Shown here: one piece after another, positions 1-8,987 of the stretch
Layout: each line of letters starts with the position of its first letter
Numbering within the stretch: position 1 is the first letter of the stretch
IMG/VR virus record: IMGVR_UViG_3300042375_000684
Direction: 5' to 3' (one strand)
Source: a virus
DNA length: 64,000 bases
Notes under the pieces: generated by a model
What the model was told of the DNA's origin: nothing
The model's database searches: none
The model's input: the letters and a program-made list of their open reading frames with translations, nothing else
Made by a program: the position numbers and the translations under genes

Positions 1-342
1 GGACTAAAATCAAATGGAATTGCTTATGCCTGGGGTTCTGGTCAAGATGGAAAATTAGGTGATGATACTGTTGTGGCTAAATCATCACCAGTATTAGTTG
101 TCGGCGGTTTTACCGATTGGGTACAATTGGATGGAGGGCAGTCACATAGTCTAGGTTTAAGAGCAAACGGAACCGCGTGGGCTTGGGGAATTAATACAGC
201 TGGAGAATTGGGAGATAATACCGCAACAACAAACACATCATCACCTGTATCAGTTGTTGGTGGTTTTACTGATTGGGTGCAAATAAGTGCCGCAACTTCA
301 GTCGGTACCTCGACACATAGTGCAGGAATCCGCGGCGGCTAA
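1..342 (+). CDS. RCC1-repeat beta-propeller protein, C-terminal part (gene starts before the window)
   Basis: Frame 1 is open from base 1. It contains tandem RCC1-like repeats (AWG..G.LGD.T....SSPV.VVGGFTDWVQ). Confidence 0.85.
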   Translation, partial: GLKSNGIAYAWGSGQDGKLGDDTVVAKSSPVLVVGGFTDWVQLDGGQSHSLGLRANGTAWAWGINTAGELGDNTATTNTSSPVSVVGGFTDWVQISAATSVGTSTHSAGIRGG

Positions 343-346
343 TCTA

Positions 347-354
347 TATAAATA
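347..354 (+). promoter_or_regulatory. T4-type late promoter
   Basis: Exact TATAAATA in the intergenic gap upstream of the first glyco cluster. Confidence 0.8.
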
Positions 355-385
355 AATCTATATTATTACTATGAGGTGAAAAATT

Positions 386-931
386 ATGAAACTAAATATT
401 GGTGCCGGAGATACAAAACTCGAAGGCTTTATTACATTTGATTACGATAAAAATGCAAATCCAGATTACATCGTAAATTTAGAAAAAGATAAGTTTCCAC
501 TTGAAGATAATTCGGTAGAAACAGTGGTTGCTCATCATATTCTAGAGCATCTTGGTGATGGCTACTTCCATTGCCTTAAAGAACTATATCGTGTATGTAA
601 ACACGGTGCAATACTAGATATTCGTGTTCCACACCCTAGACATGATTCATTCCTTGCAGATCCAACACACAGAAGACCAATTACTGTAGTTGGATTACAG
701 CTTTTCAGTCAAAAATTCAATAAACACTGTCGTGAAGAAGGTTATGCTTCTTCTCGGCTTGGTGAATACTTTGAAGTTGATTTTGAAGTTTTGGATTATA
801 GATACACACCAGACGATAATGCAAGATTAAAACTTCAAAATTTATCTGCACAAGAAATTGAAGATTATGCAAATGAGCATAATAATATTGTTAGTGAAAT
901 TCAGATTAAATTAATTGTAAATAAAGAATGA
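386..931 (+). CDS. Class I SAM-dependent methyltransferase (Methyltransf_11-like)
   Basis: Motifs KLNIGAG, FPLEDNSVETVVAHHILEHL and LKELYRVCKHGA. Confidence 0.8.
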   Translation: MKLNIGAGDTKLEGFITFDYDKNANPDYIVNLEKDKFPLEDNSVETVVAHHILEHLGDGYFHCLKELYRVCKHGAILDIRVPHPRHDSFLADPTHRRPITVVGLQLFSQKFNKHCREEGYASSRLGEYFEVDFEVLDYRYTPDDNARLKLQNLSAQEIEDYANEHNNIVSEIQIKLIVNKE

Positions 932-2262
932 TAGAATATCTTAAACCCGTCGTAATAGACTTAATAAATTGTGATGAACGAAAAAAGGCATGGGATCTGA
1001 TTGATTTTTATCTATCTCATGCCAAAACAATATCTGATTATGATGCGCTCGGATATGTATCTTTAAAATCTGATAAGAGAGATACATATTTACATTGTGC
1101 AGAAGCAACATATGCACTTGCAAATACACCAGAACAAATATATAATACTAGAATTAATCTATACAAAGCATATAATATGATGAACTATCCAGAAAAAGCA
1201 TTGTATTATATAGAACACAATTTAAGTATTAAACCTGAAGATTTTGATGCATTATGTCAAAAGGCTTCTAATATTTCTTTACTTGGAGATAAAGAAAAGG
1301 CAGAACAAATTATATTTGATTTAATGGATAAATTTCCACAAAGAAAATATGATCTAGATGTTATGCTTTGCGGAAAATATTTGCGTGAAGGGCAATTAAA
1401 GAAAGGCATGCATGCCTTTCTTGGAAAATATAAAGGTAATGGTGTATTTTCTGATAAGCTAAAAATGACACAGTGGGATGGTATTATAAGCCCAGGTAAA
1501 ACAATATATGTTGATGGAGAAGGTGGAATTGGAGATGAAATAATCAATATACGTTTCTTTGATTATCTTAAAAAATTTGGAATGCGACCAATTTTATACT
1601 CTGTAGGAAAATACAGAAAAGATACAAATTCACTTTTCCACAGGCACGGTTATGAAATAGTAAATGATATATATTCTATAGATCCTCGATGCACATGGGT
1701 GCCATTAATGAGCATTCCATCAGTTTTAGACTTAACTGAAGATGATCTTTGGAAAGGTACTTATTTAAAACCTTTGAAAAATCCAAAGAATATAATAAAA
1801 TCAGACAAATTCAAAATAGGCATTAAATGCTCTGGGAATCCATATTTTGCACAGGATGAATATAGAAAAATTGCAATAGAACAGATGTTAAGTTATCTTC
1901 CAGAAAATTCTGAAATCTATTACATCGACAAGGAAGAAAAGAATCATCCGCGAGTAATAGATTTAAGTTCTAGAATTGAAAGCTGGGAAGATACACTCGA
2001 CTTCATAGATCAGATGGATTGTATTGTATCTTCGTGCACAAGTCTAGTACACGCAGCAGGTGCTATGGGAAAAACTACATTTGTTGCTATTCCTATTGCT
2101 GAATATTACATATGGACAACAAGTAGAAAAGATAATTCATCTCCTTGGTATGGTGATAATTTTAAAGTTATGAGACAAACTAAAATCAGAGATTGGGATA
2201 ATCCACTTTCCGAAATAAGTAAACACGTTATTAAATTAATGAATGAGGTGAAACGTGACTAA
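928..2262 (+). CDS. TPR-repeat protein with C-terminal GT9 (heptosyltransferase-like) GT-B domain
   Basis: Helical TPR-like N-terminus, followed by WDG..GK.I.V.GEGGIGDEI, DCIVSSCTSLVHAAGAMGK and SPWY...RQ...DW, which are typical of TPR-GT9-like proteins. Confidence 0.7.
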   Translation: MIEYLKPVVIDLINCDERKKAWDLIDFYLSHAKTISDYDALGYVSLKSDKRDTYLHCAEATYALANTPEQIYNTRINLYKAYNMMNYPEKALYYIEHNLSIKPEDFDALCQKASNISLLGDKEKAEQIIFDLMDKFPQRKYDLDVMLCGKYLREGQLKKGMHAFLGKYKGNGVFSDKLKMTQWDGIISPGKTIYVDGEGGIGDEIINIRFFDYLKKFGMRPILYSVGKYRKDTNSLFHRHGYEIVNDIYSIDPRCTWVPLMSIPSVLDLTEDDLWKGTYLKPLKNPKNIIKSDKFKIGIKCSGNPYFAQDEYRKIAIEQMLSYLPENSEIYYIDKEEKNHPRVIDLSSRIESWEDTLDFIDQMDCIVSSCTSLVHAAGAMGKTTFVAIPIAEYYIWTTSRKDNSSPWYGDNFKVMRQTKIRDWDNPLSEISKHVIKLMNEVKRD

Positions 2263-3025
2263 ACAATACCATTTTATTACTGGCCTTCCAAGATCTGGCT
2301 CGACCCTTTTGAGTTCTATTCTTAGACAAAATCCAAATTTCCATTCTTCAATTACAGATCCACTTGCAATGATGGTGAAAGGTATTATTGAAACTTCAAA
2401 TGATGGACCTGGAATAAAAGTCGAAGTTCCAGTTGAACGAAGAAAGAATACTATAGGAGGATTATTTGAAGGATTTTATAAACACATTGACAAACCAGTA
2501 ATCTTTAATACTAACAGGGCATGGACTCTTCTTACCCCACAAATTAAAGATATGTTTCCAAAATCAAAGCTTTTGGTATGTGTTCGTGATATAAATTGGA
2601 TTATTGATTCATTTGAAACTGCTCACAGAAAAAATCCATTTACGGTGAATACTGTTACTGGCGGACTTGACGGTACTGTTTATTCAAGAGTAGAATTACT
2701 CATGGAAGAAAAAGGTATTGTAGGTTTTCCTTATCTAGGACTTAAACAAGCAATTACAAGTTCTGAAAAGAATATGCTAATGCTTATTGAATACAATGAA
2801 TTATGTAAAAATCCTGAAAGAATGATGAAATCAATTTACAATTTCATCGGTCAAGATTATTATGAACACGACTTTGATGATGTCGAAGCAAGTTGGGATG
2901 AATATGATGCAGAAATTGGAATTAATTTACATCAAGTACGCAAGAAAGTAGAGTTTATTCCTAGACAATTTATTATACCACCTGATATTCTTCAAAAGTA
3001 TTCCAATATGGAAGTCTGGCGATAA
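2255..3025 (+). CDS. Sulfotransferase
   Basis: 5'-PSB loop FITGLPRSGSTLLSSIL, plus CVRD..WIIDS and IEYNELCKNPE. Confidence 0.85.
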   Translation: MTKQYHFITGLPRSGSTLLSSILRQNPNFHSSITDPLAMMVKGIIETSNDGPGIKVEVPVERRKNTIGGLFEGFYKHIDKPVIFNTNRAWTLLTPQIKDMFPKSKLLVCVRDINWIIDSFETAHRKNPFTVNTVTGGLDGTVYSRVELLMEEKGIVGFPYLGLKQAITSSEKNMLMLIEYNELCKNPERMMKSIYNFIGQDYYEHDFDDVEASWDEYDAEIGINLHQVRKKVEFIPRQFIIPPDILQKYSNMEVWR

Positions 3026-3804
3026 TGTCTTTAGATATTATTCTAAGAACTTGTGATCATTCAAATGTTCATGCCGATTGGAGAGTTCGGTATGTAGATA
3101 AAACAAAAATGGATATCATCAAAGGATGTGTTAAATCATTACTGAATAGTTGTAAACGACTTGATAATGTTTCTATAACTATACTTGATGATCATTCAAG
3201 TGATGAAACTGTAAATTGGTTAGAAACCGAGTTGAATAATAGTAAAATACCAGGTAAGTTAATAAGACTAGAAGGTGTAGGTTATAATAATTCATCACAC
3301 GAACAATGGAAACTTTGTCGAGATAGTAATGCAGATTTAGTCTATTCAATAGAAGATGATTATTTACATTGCTCAACAGCAATACAAGAAATGATAGATT
3401 CTTTTGAATTATTCTCTCATAGATTAAAAAGAGATGATATTGTCTTATATCCGTTTGACGAACCTTCGGAATATAATCCACCAAATAGAAAAGATTTTAT
3501 AGTTCATGGGTCTGCAAGACATTGGAGAACAGGTGTATTTACAACCCAAGTTCTTTTCTGCAAGCCAAAACTATTTAGAGAACATTGGGATTTATTTGAA
3601 ACATTGTCTCTCAAATATAATGGAGATTACTTAAATCCTCGCACTGAACACTTTGAGGAATCAAATACGATTTGGAAATTATGGACTGAAGGCAATATAA
3701 TTAGATTTAATCCCATACCCAGTCTTGCATTACATTTGCAATTCATAGAACAGAAAGACCCATTTATCAATTGGGAAGAATGGTGGAGAGAATACACAAA
3801 ATGA
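3025..3804 (+). CDS. GT-A fold (GT2-like) glycosyltransferase
   Basis: Motifs ITILDDHSSDET and LVYSIEDDYLH (DxD-type). Confidence 0.7.
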   Translation: MSLDIILRTCDHSNVHADWRVRYVDKTKMDIIKGCVKSLLNSCKRLDNVSITILDDHSSDETVNWLETELNNSKIPGKLIRLEGVGYNNSSHEQWKLCRDSNADLVYSIEDDYLHCSTAIQEMIDSFELFSHRLKRDDIVLYPFDEPSEYNPPNRKDFIVHGSARHWRTGVFTTQVLFCKPKLFREHWDLFETLSLKYNGDYLNPRTEHFEESNTIWKLWTEGNIIRFNPIPSLALHLQFIEQKDPFINWEEWWREYTK

Positions 3805-4343
3805 GCAATAATTTTCCTGTAAATAGATCAGTTATTAACTATATACACGCTCGAGATTATTTCCCAAAAGGTGAAATTGAATCCCTTCGTCCATTAGTAA
3901 ACGATGTTCATTGGACCGAAAAGAAATTCGGCCAAGAAATGGAACACTTTAATCTAATCTTTAAAGATATTGATATTGTTCTCGGAAAAATGTCTGGTGA
4001 TCTTTTAGAAATAGATCGACCAAATTCTGGAACTTTAAGAAAAACAATGCACGAAATCATACACTTTGAAGATTTTGAAGATCTTAATGATTGGCGCTTT
4101 ATTGTTGCATTAGATGAGAATGAGTTTAAAACATATATTCACAAAGATGGTTATAAGAGTTTATTGGATTACATTAAAGATGAAAATGAAGAAAAACCGA
4201 TGTTAGAATATTTAAATAAAGAACACTGGGAAGAAGAAGCAACTATCAAGATGAAACCAAATGATGTTCTATTTTATAGACCATGGCTATTTCATTCATT
4301 TCAAGATGGTATTCTACACTACTACAAATTAAAGGTTATTTAA
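3801..4343 (+). CDS. Putative 2OG-Fe(II) oxygenase-like protein
   Basis: ATGA overlap with the upstream gene. IIHFED and MKPNDVLFYRPWLFHS resemble a DSBH oxygenase. Confidence 0.5.
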   Translation: MSNNFPVNRSVINYIHARDYFPKGEIESLRPLVNDVHWTEKKFGQEMEHFNLIFKDIDIVLGKMSGDLLEIDRPNSGTLRKTMHEIIHFEDFEDLNDWRFIVALDENEFKTYIHKDGYKSLLDYIKDENEEKPMLEYLNKEHWEEEATIKMKPNDVLFYRPWLFHSFQDGILHYYKLKVI

Positions 4344-4750
4344 TGCGGGTTTTTGTGAATGGATCATTTGACCTTTTACACACAGGACATCTAGATCTAC
4401 TATTTTATGCCAAAAGTCTCGGTAAACACTTGCATGTTGCAATAGACTCAGATGAACGAATACAAGAATTAAAAGGTTTTGATAGACCTGTAAACCCTTT
4501 ACATATCCGAAAGGCTATCATGCATGCTCTCAAGCCAGTCGATAGTGTGAGTGTATTTAGCACCGATGAGGACTTGATAAATACCATCAGAGGTTATTCA
4601 CCAGACATTATGGTGAAGGGTTCTGATTGGGTCGGTAAAAAAGTTATCGGATCAGAATACTGTGGAAAAGTTATATTTTATGAGAGAGTGAACAATGAAT
4701 CCACCACAAAAATCATTCAAAATTTTATTGATCGGCGACAGTTGCTATGA
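4343..4750 (+). CDS. rfaE2: Heptose 1-phosphate nucleotidyltransferase (HldE domain II / RfaE2)
   Basis: TAATG overlap start. Motifs NGSFDLLHTGH (HxGH), VAIDSD, VKGSDW and C-terminal STTKII. Confidence 0.85.
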   Translation: MRVFVNGSFDLLHTGHLDLLFYAKSLGKHLHVAIDSDERIQELKGFDRPVNPLHIRKAIMHALKPVDSVSVFSTDEDLINTIRGYSPDIMVKGSDWVGKKVIGSEYCGKVIFYERVNNESTTKIIQNFIDRRQLL

Positions 4751-5465
4751 TGTATATCACTTTGGTGAAGTCAAACGGATAAGTCCAGAAGCTCCAATTC
4801 CAATCTTTGATCTGAAATATTCAACAAAGAAATATGGAATGGCTTCAAATGTGTACGAGAACTTGAAAGCACTCGGTGCGACCGTTCATATACACACAAG
4901 TTTCAAAGAAACAAAGAATCGCTATATAGATATCAAGTCAAAACAGCAACTTTTACGTGTTGATGAAAAGAACAATAAAACTGATTTTAATGAAATCGAG
5001 TATGAATATATTGAATATGATTCGTATGATGCAATAGTTATTTCAGATTATGGCAAAGGTTTCTTCAATAGATCAGATTATGATATTCTAAGAGAAAATT
5101 TTGAAGGCCCTATTTTCATAGATACTAAAGATTCTTATCTGGATCATTACGAAGGTGCTATTGTCAAAATAAATCAACATGAATATGAAAAATCTGATAA
5201 AGGTTTTAGATTAGAAAATCTTATTGTCACTTACGGTGGTGAAAAAGTGACATGGAAGGATAAAGTATTTTATCCACCGAAAGTAGAAACACATGACGTA
5301 TGTGGGGCAGGTGATACATTTTTGGCAGCACTTGCTATAAGATATCTCGAATCTGAATCACTAGAAGAATCAATCGAATTTGCAATGAATGCAGCTGCGG
5401 TCACTGTAAAACATACAGGGGTTTATGCTCCTACAAGAGAGGAAATAGAACATGACAAGACTTGA
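4695..5465 (+). CDS. rfaE1: Heptose 7-phosphate kinase (HldE domain I / RfaE1, PfkB family)
   Basis: Motifs LLIGDSCYDVY..G.V.RISPEAPIP, ISDYGKG, IFIDTK and DVCGAGDTF. Confidence 0.9.
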   Translation: MNPPQKSFKILLIGDSCYDVYHFGEVKRISPEAPIPIFDLKYSTKKYGMASNVYENLKALGATVHIHTSFKETKNRYIDIKSKQQLLRVDEKNNKTDFNEIEYEYIEYDSYDAIVISDYGKGFFNRSDYDILRENFEGPIFIDTKDSYLDHYEGAIVKINQHEYEKSDKGFRLENLIVTYGGEKVTWKDKVFYPPKVETHDVCGAGDTFLAALAIRYLESESLEESIEFAMNAAAVTVKHTGVYAPTREEIEHDKT

Positions 5466-5811
5466 AGGGCGAATAGAAAAAGGCTGGGGAAGTGAACTAA
5501 TTTGGGCAACAAATGATAAGTATTGTGGAAAGTTACTACACTTTAAGAATGATGCAAAATTTTCAATGCACTTTCATGCTGAAAAAGATGAAACGTGGTA
5601 TATCTTAACAGGTAAATTCATTGTTAGTTGGATAGATACAAAAACAGCGGAAAAGAAATCACTAGAATTGAGACCTGGTTCTACATGGAGAAATGTACCT
5701 CTTGTACCTCACCAATTAGAGTGTCTTGAAGAAGGTACAATCATTGAGGTTTCAACACCAGATTCAGTTGAAGATAACTATAGAGTTAGCCCAGGAGACA
5801 GTCAAAAATGA
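5452..5811 (+). CDS. Cupin-fold sugar isomerase-like protein
   Basis: Motifs KGWGSELIW, SMHFHAEKDETWY, PHQLEC and EVSTPDSVEDNYR. Confidence 0.75.
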   Translation: MTRLEGRIEKGWGSELIWATNDKYCGKLLHFKNDAKFSMHFHAEKDETWYILTGKFIVSWIDTKTAEKKSLELRPGSTWRNVPLVPHQLECLEEGTIIEVSTPDSVEDNYRVSPGDSQK

Positions 5812-6626
5812 AAGTATTAGTAACTGGTCACAAAGGCTTTATCGGCCAAAATATGTGTAAGGCTATTCTTGCTGAAGGTTGGGAGTTGGAAACTTTTGAT
5901 ATAGTCGATAATCCAACAGCAAGACCAAAAGATCTAAATTATGATGGTGTTAATTGTGTCATGCATTTAGGTGCAATCAGTTCTACAACAGAGACTGATG
6001 TTCATAAAATTATGGACTTGAATTTGTGTTGGTCTATAGAACTATTAGAAGAATGCAGAGAAAGAGGGATTGATATGCAATTTGCATCTTCTGCATCTGT
6101 ATATGGTCAAAATAGAAATGCTAGAATTTTATGTGAAGATGACATTTGCTATCCTGTAAATTATTATGCACTCAGTAAATACATGTTCGAGAAATATGCA
6201 AATAAAAGAACTTATGTTGCATCTACATTACAAATTTTCCGATATTTCAATGTTTATGGTCCGCATGAAGAACACAAAGGATCACAAGCAAGCCCATTTA
6301 CTCAATTTGCTAAACAGGCAAAAGAAAATGGTGTGATTAAAATATTTAAAGGTTCTCGTGAGTTTACACGTGATTTTGTGCATGTAGATACAGTAGTTGC
6401 TGCACACATACGAGCTTTAAGTAAAATAGATCTATTTGCTGGGGGAACCTATAATGTTGGTTCAGGCTATTCAAGAAGTTTTCTTGATGTTGCCAAAGAC
6501 ATTGCCCTCTTGTATAATGCAGAGATAAAAGAAATTCCATTTCCTGAAAATCTTAAAGAACATTATCAGTATCACACCCAAGCAGATATTAGTAAATTAA
6601 ATGATTTATTATTTTATGGATTATAA
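5808..6626 (+). CDS. hldD: ADP-L-glycero-D-manno-heptose 6-epimerase (extended SDR)
   Basis: Motifs VTGHKGFIG, HLGAISSTTETD, ASSASVYG, YALSK, RYFNVYGPHEEHKG and RDFVHV. Confidence 0.85.
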   Translation: MKVLVTGHKGFIGQNMCKAILAEGWELETFDIVDNPTARPKDLNYDGVNCVMHLGAISSTTETDVHKIMDLNLCWSIELLEECRERGIDMQFASSASVYGQNRNARILCEDDICYPVNYYALSKYMFEKYANKRTYVASTLQIFRYFNVYGPHEEHKGSQASPFTQFAKQAKENGVIKIFKGSREFTRDFVHVDTVVAAHIRALSKIDLFAGGTYNVGSGYSRSFLDVAKDIALLYNAEIKEIPFPENLKEHYQYHTQADISKLNDLLFYGL

Positions 6627-6630
6627 TCCA

Positions 6631-6658
6631 ATTATACCATACTTTCAGTCTTTGTCAA
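6631..6658 (-). promoter_or_regulatory. Consensus sigma70 promoter oriented antisense to the heptose cluster
   Basis: The minus strand reads TTGACA-N16-TATAAT with a TG extension (TGGTATAAT). Confidence 0.65.
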
Positions 6659-6681
6659 TGGAATAAATAGACACCTTCTAT

Positions 6682-6689
6682 TATAAATA
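6682..6689 (+). promoter_or_regulatory. T4-type late promoter
   Basis: Intergenic TATAAATA. Confidence 0.8.
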
Positions 6690-6712
6690 GAAATAAAAGA
6701 AGGGTGTGTTCA

Positions 6713-7051
6713 ATGTCAACCAGAGCAAACTTATACGTAGATCAAGGTGTAGATTTTGTTACATCGCTAAATCTTTTCACAGATGTGGGTGATGAATTTG
6801 ATATCACAACGCAAGAATTTTCATGTGATGTTCGTAAAGTATATTCAAGTACTATTATATTTAGTGCTGACATTATGGTAGAACCAGGTAATGTTCCTGG
6901 TTTACTAGAAATGGAATTTTCAGGTATTGTTACTGCTAATACAGATCCAGGTAAATATCAATATGATTTAATAATGACGAGCTCGAGCGGAAAAAGAGAG
7001 AAAATCTTAGAAGGTTTACTATTTCTACTTCCTACAATTACTAGAGGTTAA
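6713..7051 (+). CDS. Small virion structural protein
   Basis: MSTRANLYVDQGVDF and GKYQYDL motifs recall T4-like phage structural proteins. It follows a late promoter. Confidence 0.6.
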   Translation: MSTRANLYVDQGVDFVTSLNLFTDVGDEFDITTQEFSCDVRKVYSSTIIFSADIMVEPGNVPGLLEMEFSGIVTANTDPGKYQYDLIMTSSSGKREKILEGLLFLLPTITRG

Positions 7052-7053
7052 GC

Positions 7054-7287
7054 ATGGCAATTAATGTTACAATTACACCTGCTGCCAATATTGAAGTAAG
7101 AAGAAAATCAAATCCTAGAATCTTAATTAATCAATCAGATTTGTCTATTAAAAATTTAGGCGATATTGCAGATGTAGATTTGACCAATTTAGAAGATGGT
7201 TCTCTTCTAATTTATGATATATTAACACAAAAATTTGTTGCATCAAGACTTCTAGAAAAGCAAGAAATTGACGGTGGTGAGTTTTAA
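7054..7287 (+). CDS. Small tail-associated protein
   Basis: LGDIADVDLTNLEDGSLLIYD and C-terminal IDGGEF motifs occur in phage fibre proteins. Confidence 0.55.
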   Translation: MAINVTITPAANIEVRRKSNPRILINQSDLSIKNLGDIADVDLTNLEDGSLLIYDILTQKFVASRLLEKQEIDGGEF

Positions 7288-7295
7288 TATAAATA
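7288..7295 (+). promoter_or_regulatory. T4-type late promoter
   Basis: TATAAATA directly after the stop codon, followed by an 8-bp hairpin (7303-7331) in the leader. Confidence 0.75.
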
Positions 7296-7359
7296 TCCAT
7301 AATAGTTATGGTAACAAAGTTTTCATAACTAAAAGGTTATTAACACCACGTGAGGATAA

Positions 7360-8985
7360 ATGCCAACAAGAATAAAACTCAAAAGAACTGGTGTCCCCGG
7401 TAGAGTTCCAACTACAAATCAGTTGGCACTTGGAGAGCTTTCAGTTAATACTTATGATGGTAAAATATCTCTCAAGCGCAGACAGGGTGAATTAGAAGAG
7501 ATAGTTAATTTTATCTCTAGCAATCCAGTTGAGAATGTCATATATGTTCAAAAGAATGGAAGTGATGCAAATACTGTTTCTGGATCAACGTGGGATGAAG
7601 CTTATCTTACTATAGAGAGAGCAGTAGATGCTGCTTGGGCACGAGACGGGCTTTTAACACTTATAGATATCGGACCGGGTGAATATGAAACGCGCGGAAA
7701 TATTGATCTTCCTGATGATTGTATTGTAAGAGGTGTTCATAGATCTGTTATTGTTAAGCCAGAAAGTGGTTTTGAAGAAAACAATGTATTTGGATTAGGT
7801 TCAGGTTGTTTTGTCGAAGGAATACTTTTTGAAGGTTGGAGACTTGATGATTTAGATGATCCAACGGTAGGGTTTGCTTTCTGTTTTAGACAAGGCTCTG
7901 TGATAAGAAGAGCCCCTTATGTTCACAAATGTGCTGTAAGAACTAATCCTTATTGGGACAATGTCGCCCCACCACTCGATCGAGAAAATGGAAATCCATT
8001 AGTAGGCCGTGGTGCTGGTGTAGTTATAGCAGATGGGTCTGTGTGTTCACAATACTCAATTTATCCGAATATTATGACATGGGGAGCAACACCTGTAAGT
8101 CACAACGGTATTGGATATGTTGCTAAAAATGGCGCGCTGATAAATGCTGTCAATGCCATAAGTATTTGGGCTCATAAACACTTTTTAGCTTTATCTGGTG
8201 GCCAAATAATACTTTCATCATGTTCTACTCAATTTGGCGATTACACTATGGTTTCAAGTGGAAGTAGAAATATTATAGTACCAACAGAAGTACCTGAAAA
8301 TACTTTAACAATACAAACTACAGCATCAACTGCGATTGATACAGCTACAAGTACCATCATAAATAATATGTGGAATAGTTTAGTAGCACAAAATTATACA
8401 GTTGGTTGGAATGCTGAAGATGAAGCATTCACAAGAAGAGATGCTGCAACACTTTTACAATCTTTAGAATGGGTTCTTCAAACCGCTAATCAAAAACCAA
8501 TGCTCGATTTTGCAAAAGGTTTATTTGATACAAATGGTAATAAAGCATATAATTTAGATAAAGAAGAAGCTTTTATATATTCATTTACGTTTATGCGAGA
8601 TGCAATACTTGCATTACCAAACGTAAATAACAGTGCTGACAGTATAGTATCAGCACTAGTCGCAGCTCTTATTAATACAATCGAAAATCCGGTCACATCA
8701 ATACAACCATCTACTATTACTGCAATTAGTCATACTTGGACTGCTATTATGGCAGGTGTTGCACTTACAAAGATACCACCTGCAAGAAATGAAACTAATA
8801 TTGAAGAAAGTATATTAGAATTAAATAATGGTGTTGTAATAGCATCAGGGCAAGATGATCAAGGCTCTGCACTCTTTATTGGTGGTATGAAGATTGATGC
8901 AGATACTGGTGAATTAACAGGCCCGCCATTTGAACAAGCAGTTAATAGAATAGCAACAAGAACCGCCATCGCAAGGAGCTTTTAA
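7360..8985 (+). CDS. Tail fibre / virion protein with beta-helix-like region
   Basis: N-terminal IKLKRTGVPGRVPTTNQLALGELSVNTYDGK fibre motif, and YVQKNGSD....G.TWDEAYLTIERA typical of pectin-lyase-like folds. Confidence 0.65.
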   Translation: MPTRIKLKRTGVPGRVPTTNQLALGELSVNTYDGKISLKRRQGELEEIVNFISSNPVENVIYVQKNGSDANTVSGSTWDEAYLTIERAVDAAWARDGLLTLIDIGPGEYETRGNIDLPDDCIVRGVHRSVIVKPESGFEENNVFGLGSGCFVEGILFEGWRLDDLDDPTVGFAFCFRQGSVIRRAPYVHKCAVRTNPYWDNVAPPLDRENGNPLVGRGAGVVIADGSVCSQYSIYPNIMTWGATPVSHNGIGYVAKNGALINAVNAISIWAHKHFLALSGGQIILSSCSTQFGDYTMVSSGSRNIIVPTEVPENTLTIQTTASTAIDTATSTIINNMWNSLVAQNYTVGWNAEDEAFTRRDAATLLQSLEWVLQTANQKPMLDFAKGLFDTNGNKAYNLDKEEAFIYSFTFMRDAILALPNVNNSADSIVSALVAALINTIENPVTSIQPSTITAISHTWTAIMAGVALTKIPPARNETNIEESILELNNGVVIASGQDDQGSALFIGGMKIDADTGELTGPPFEQAVNRIATRTAIARSF

Positions 8986-8987
8986 TA

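Noticed and set aside
386-6626. Host bacterial LPS locus or prophage boundary
   Set aside because: The genes are flanked by T4 late promoters and virion genes, with the same AT-rich composition and no host housekeeping context.
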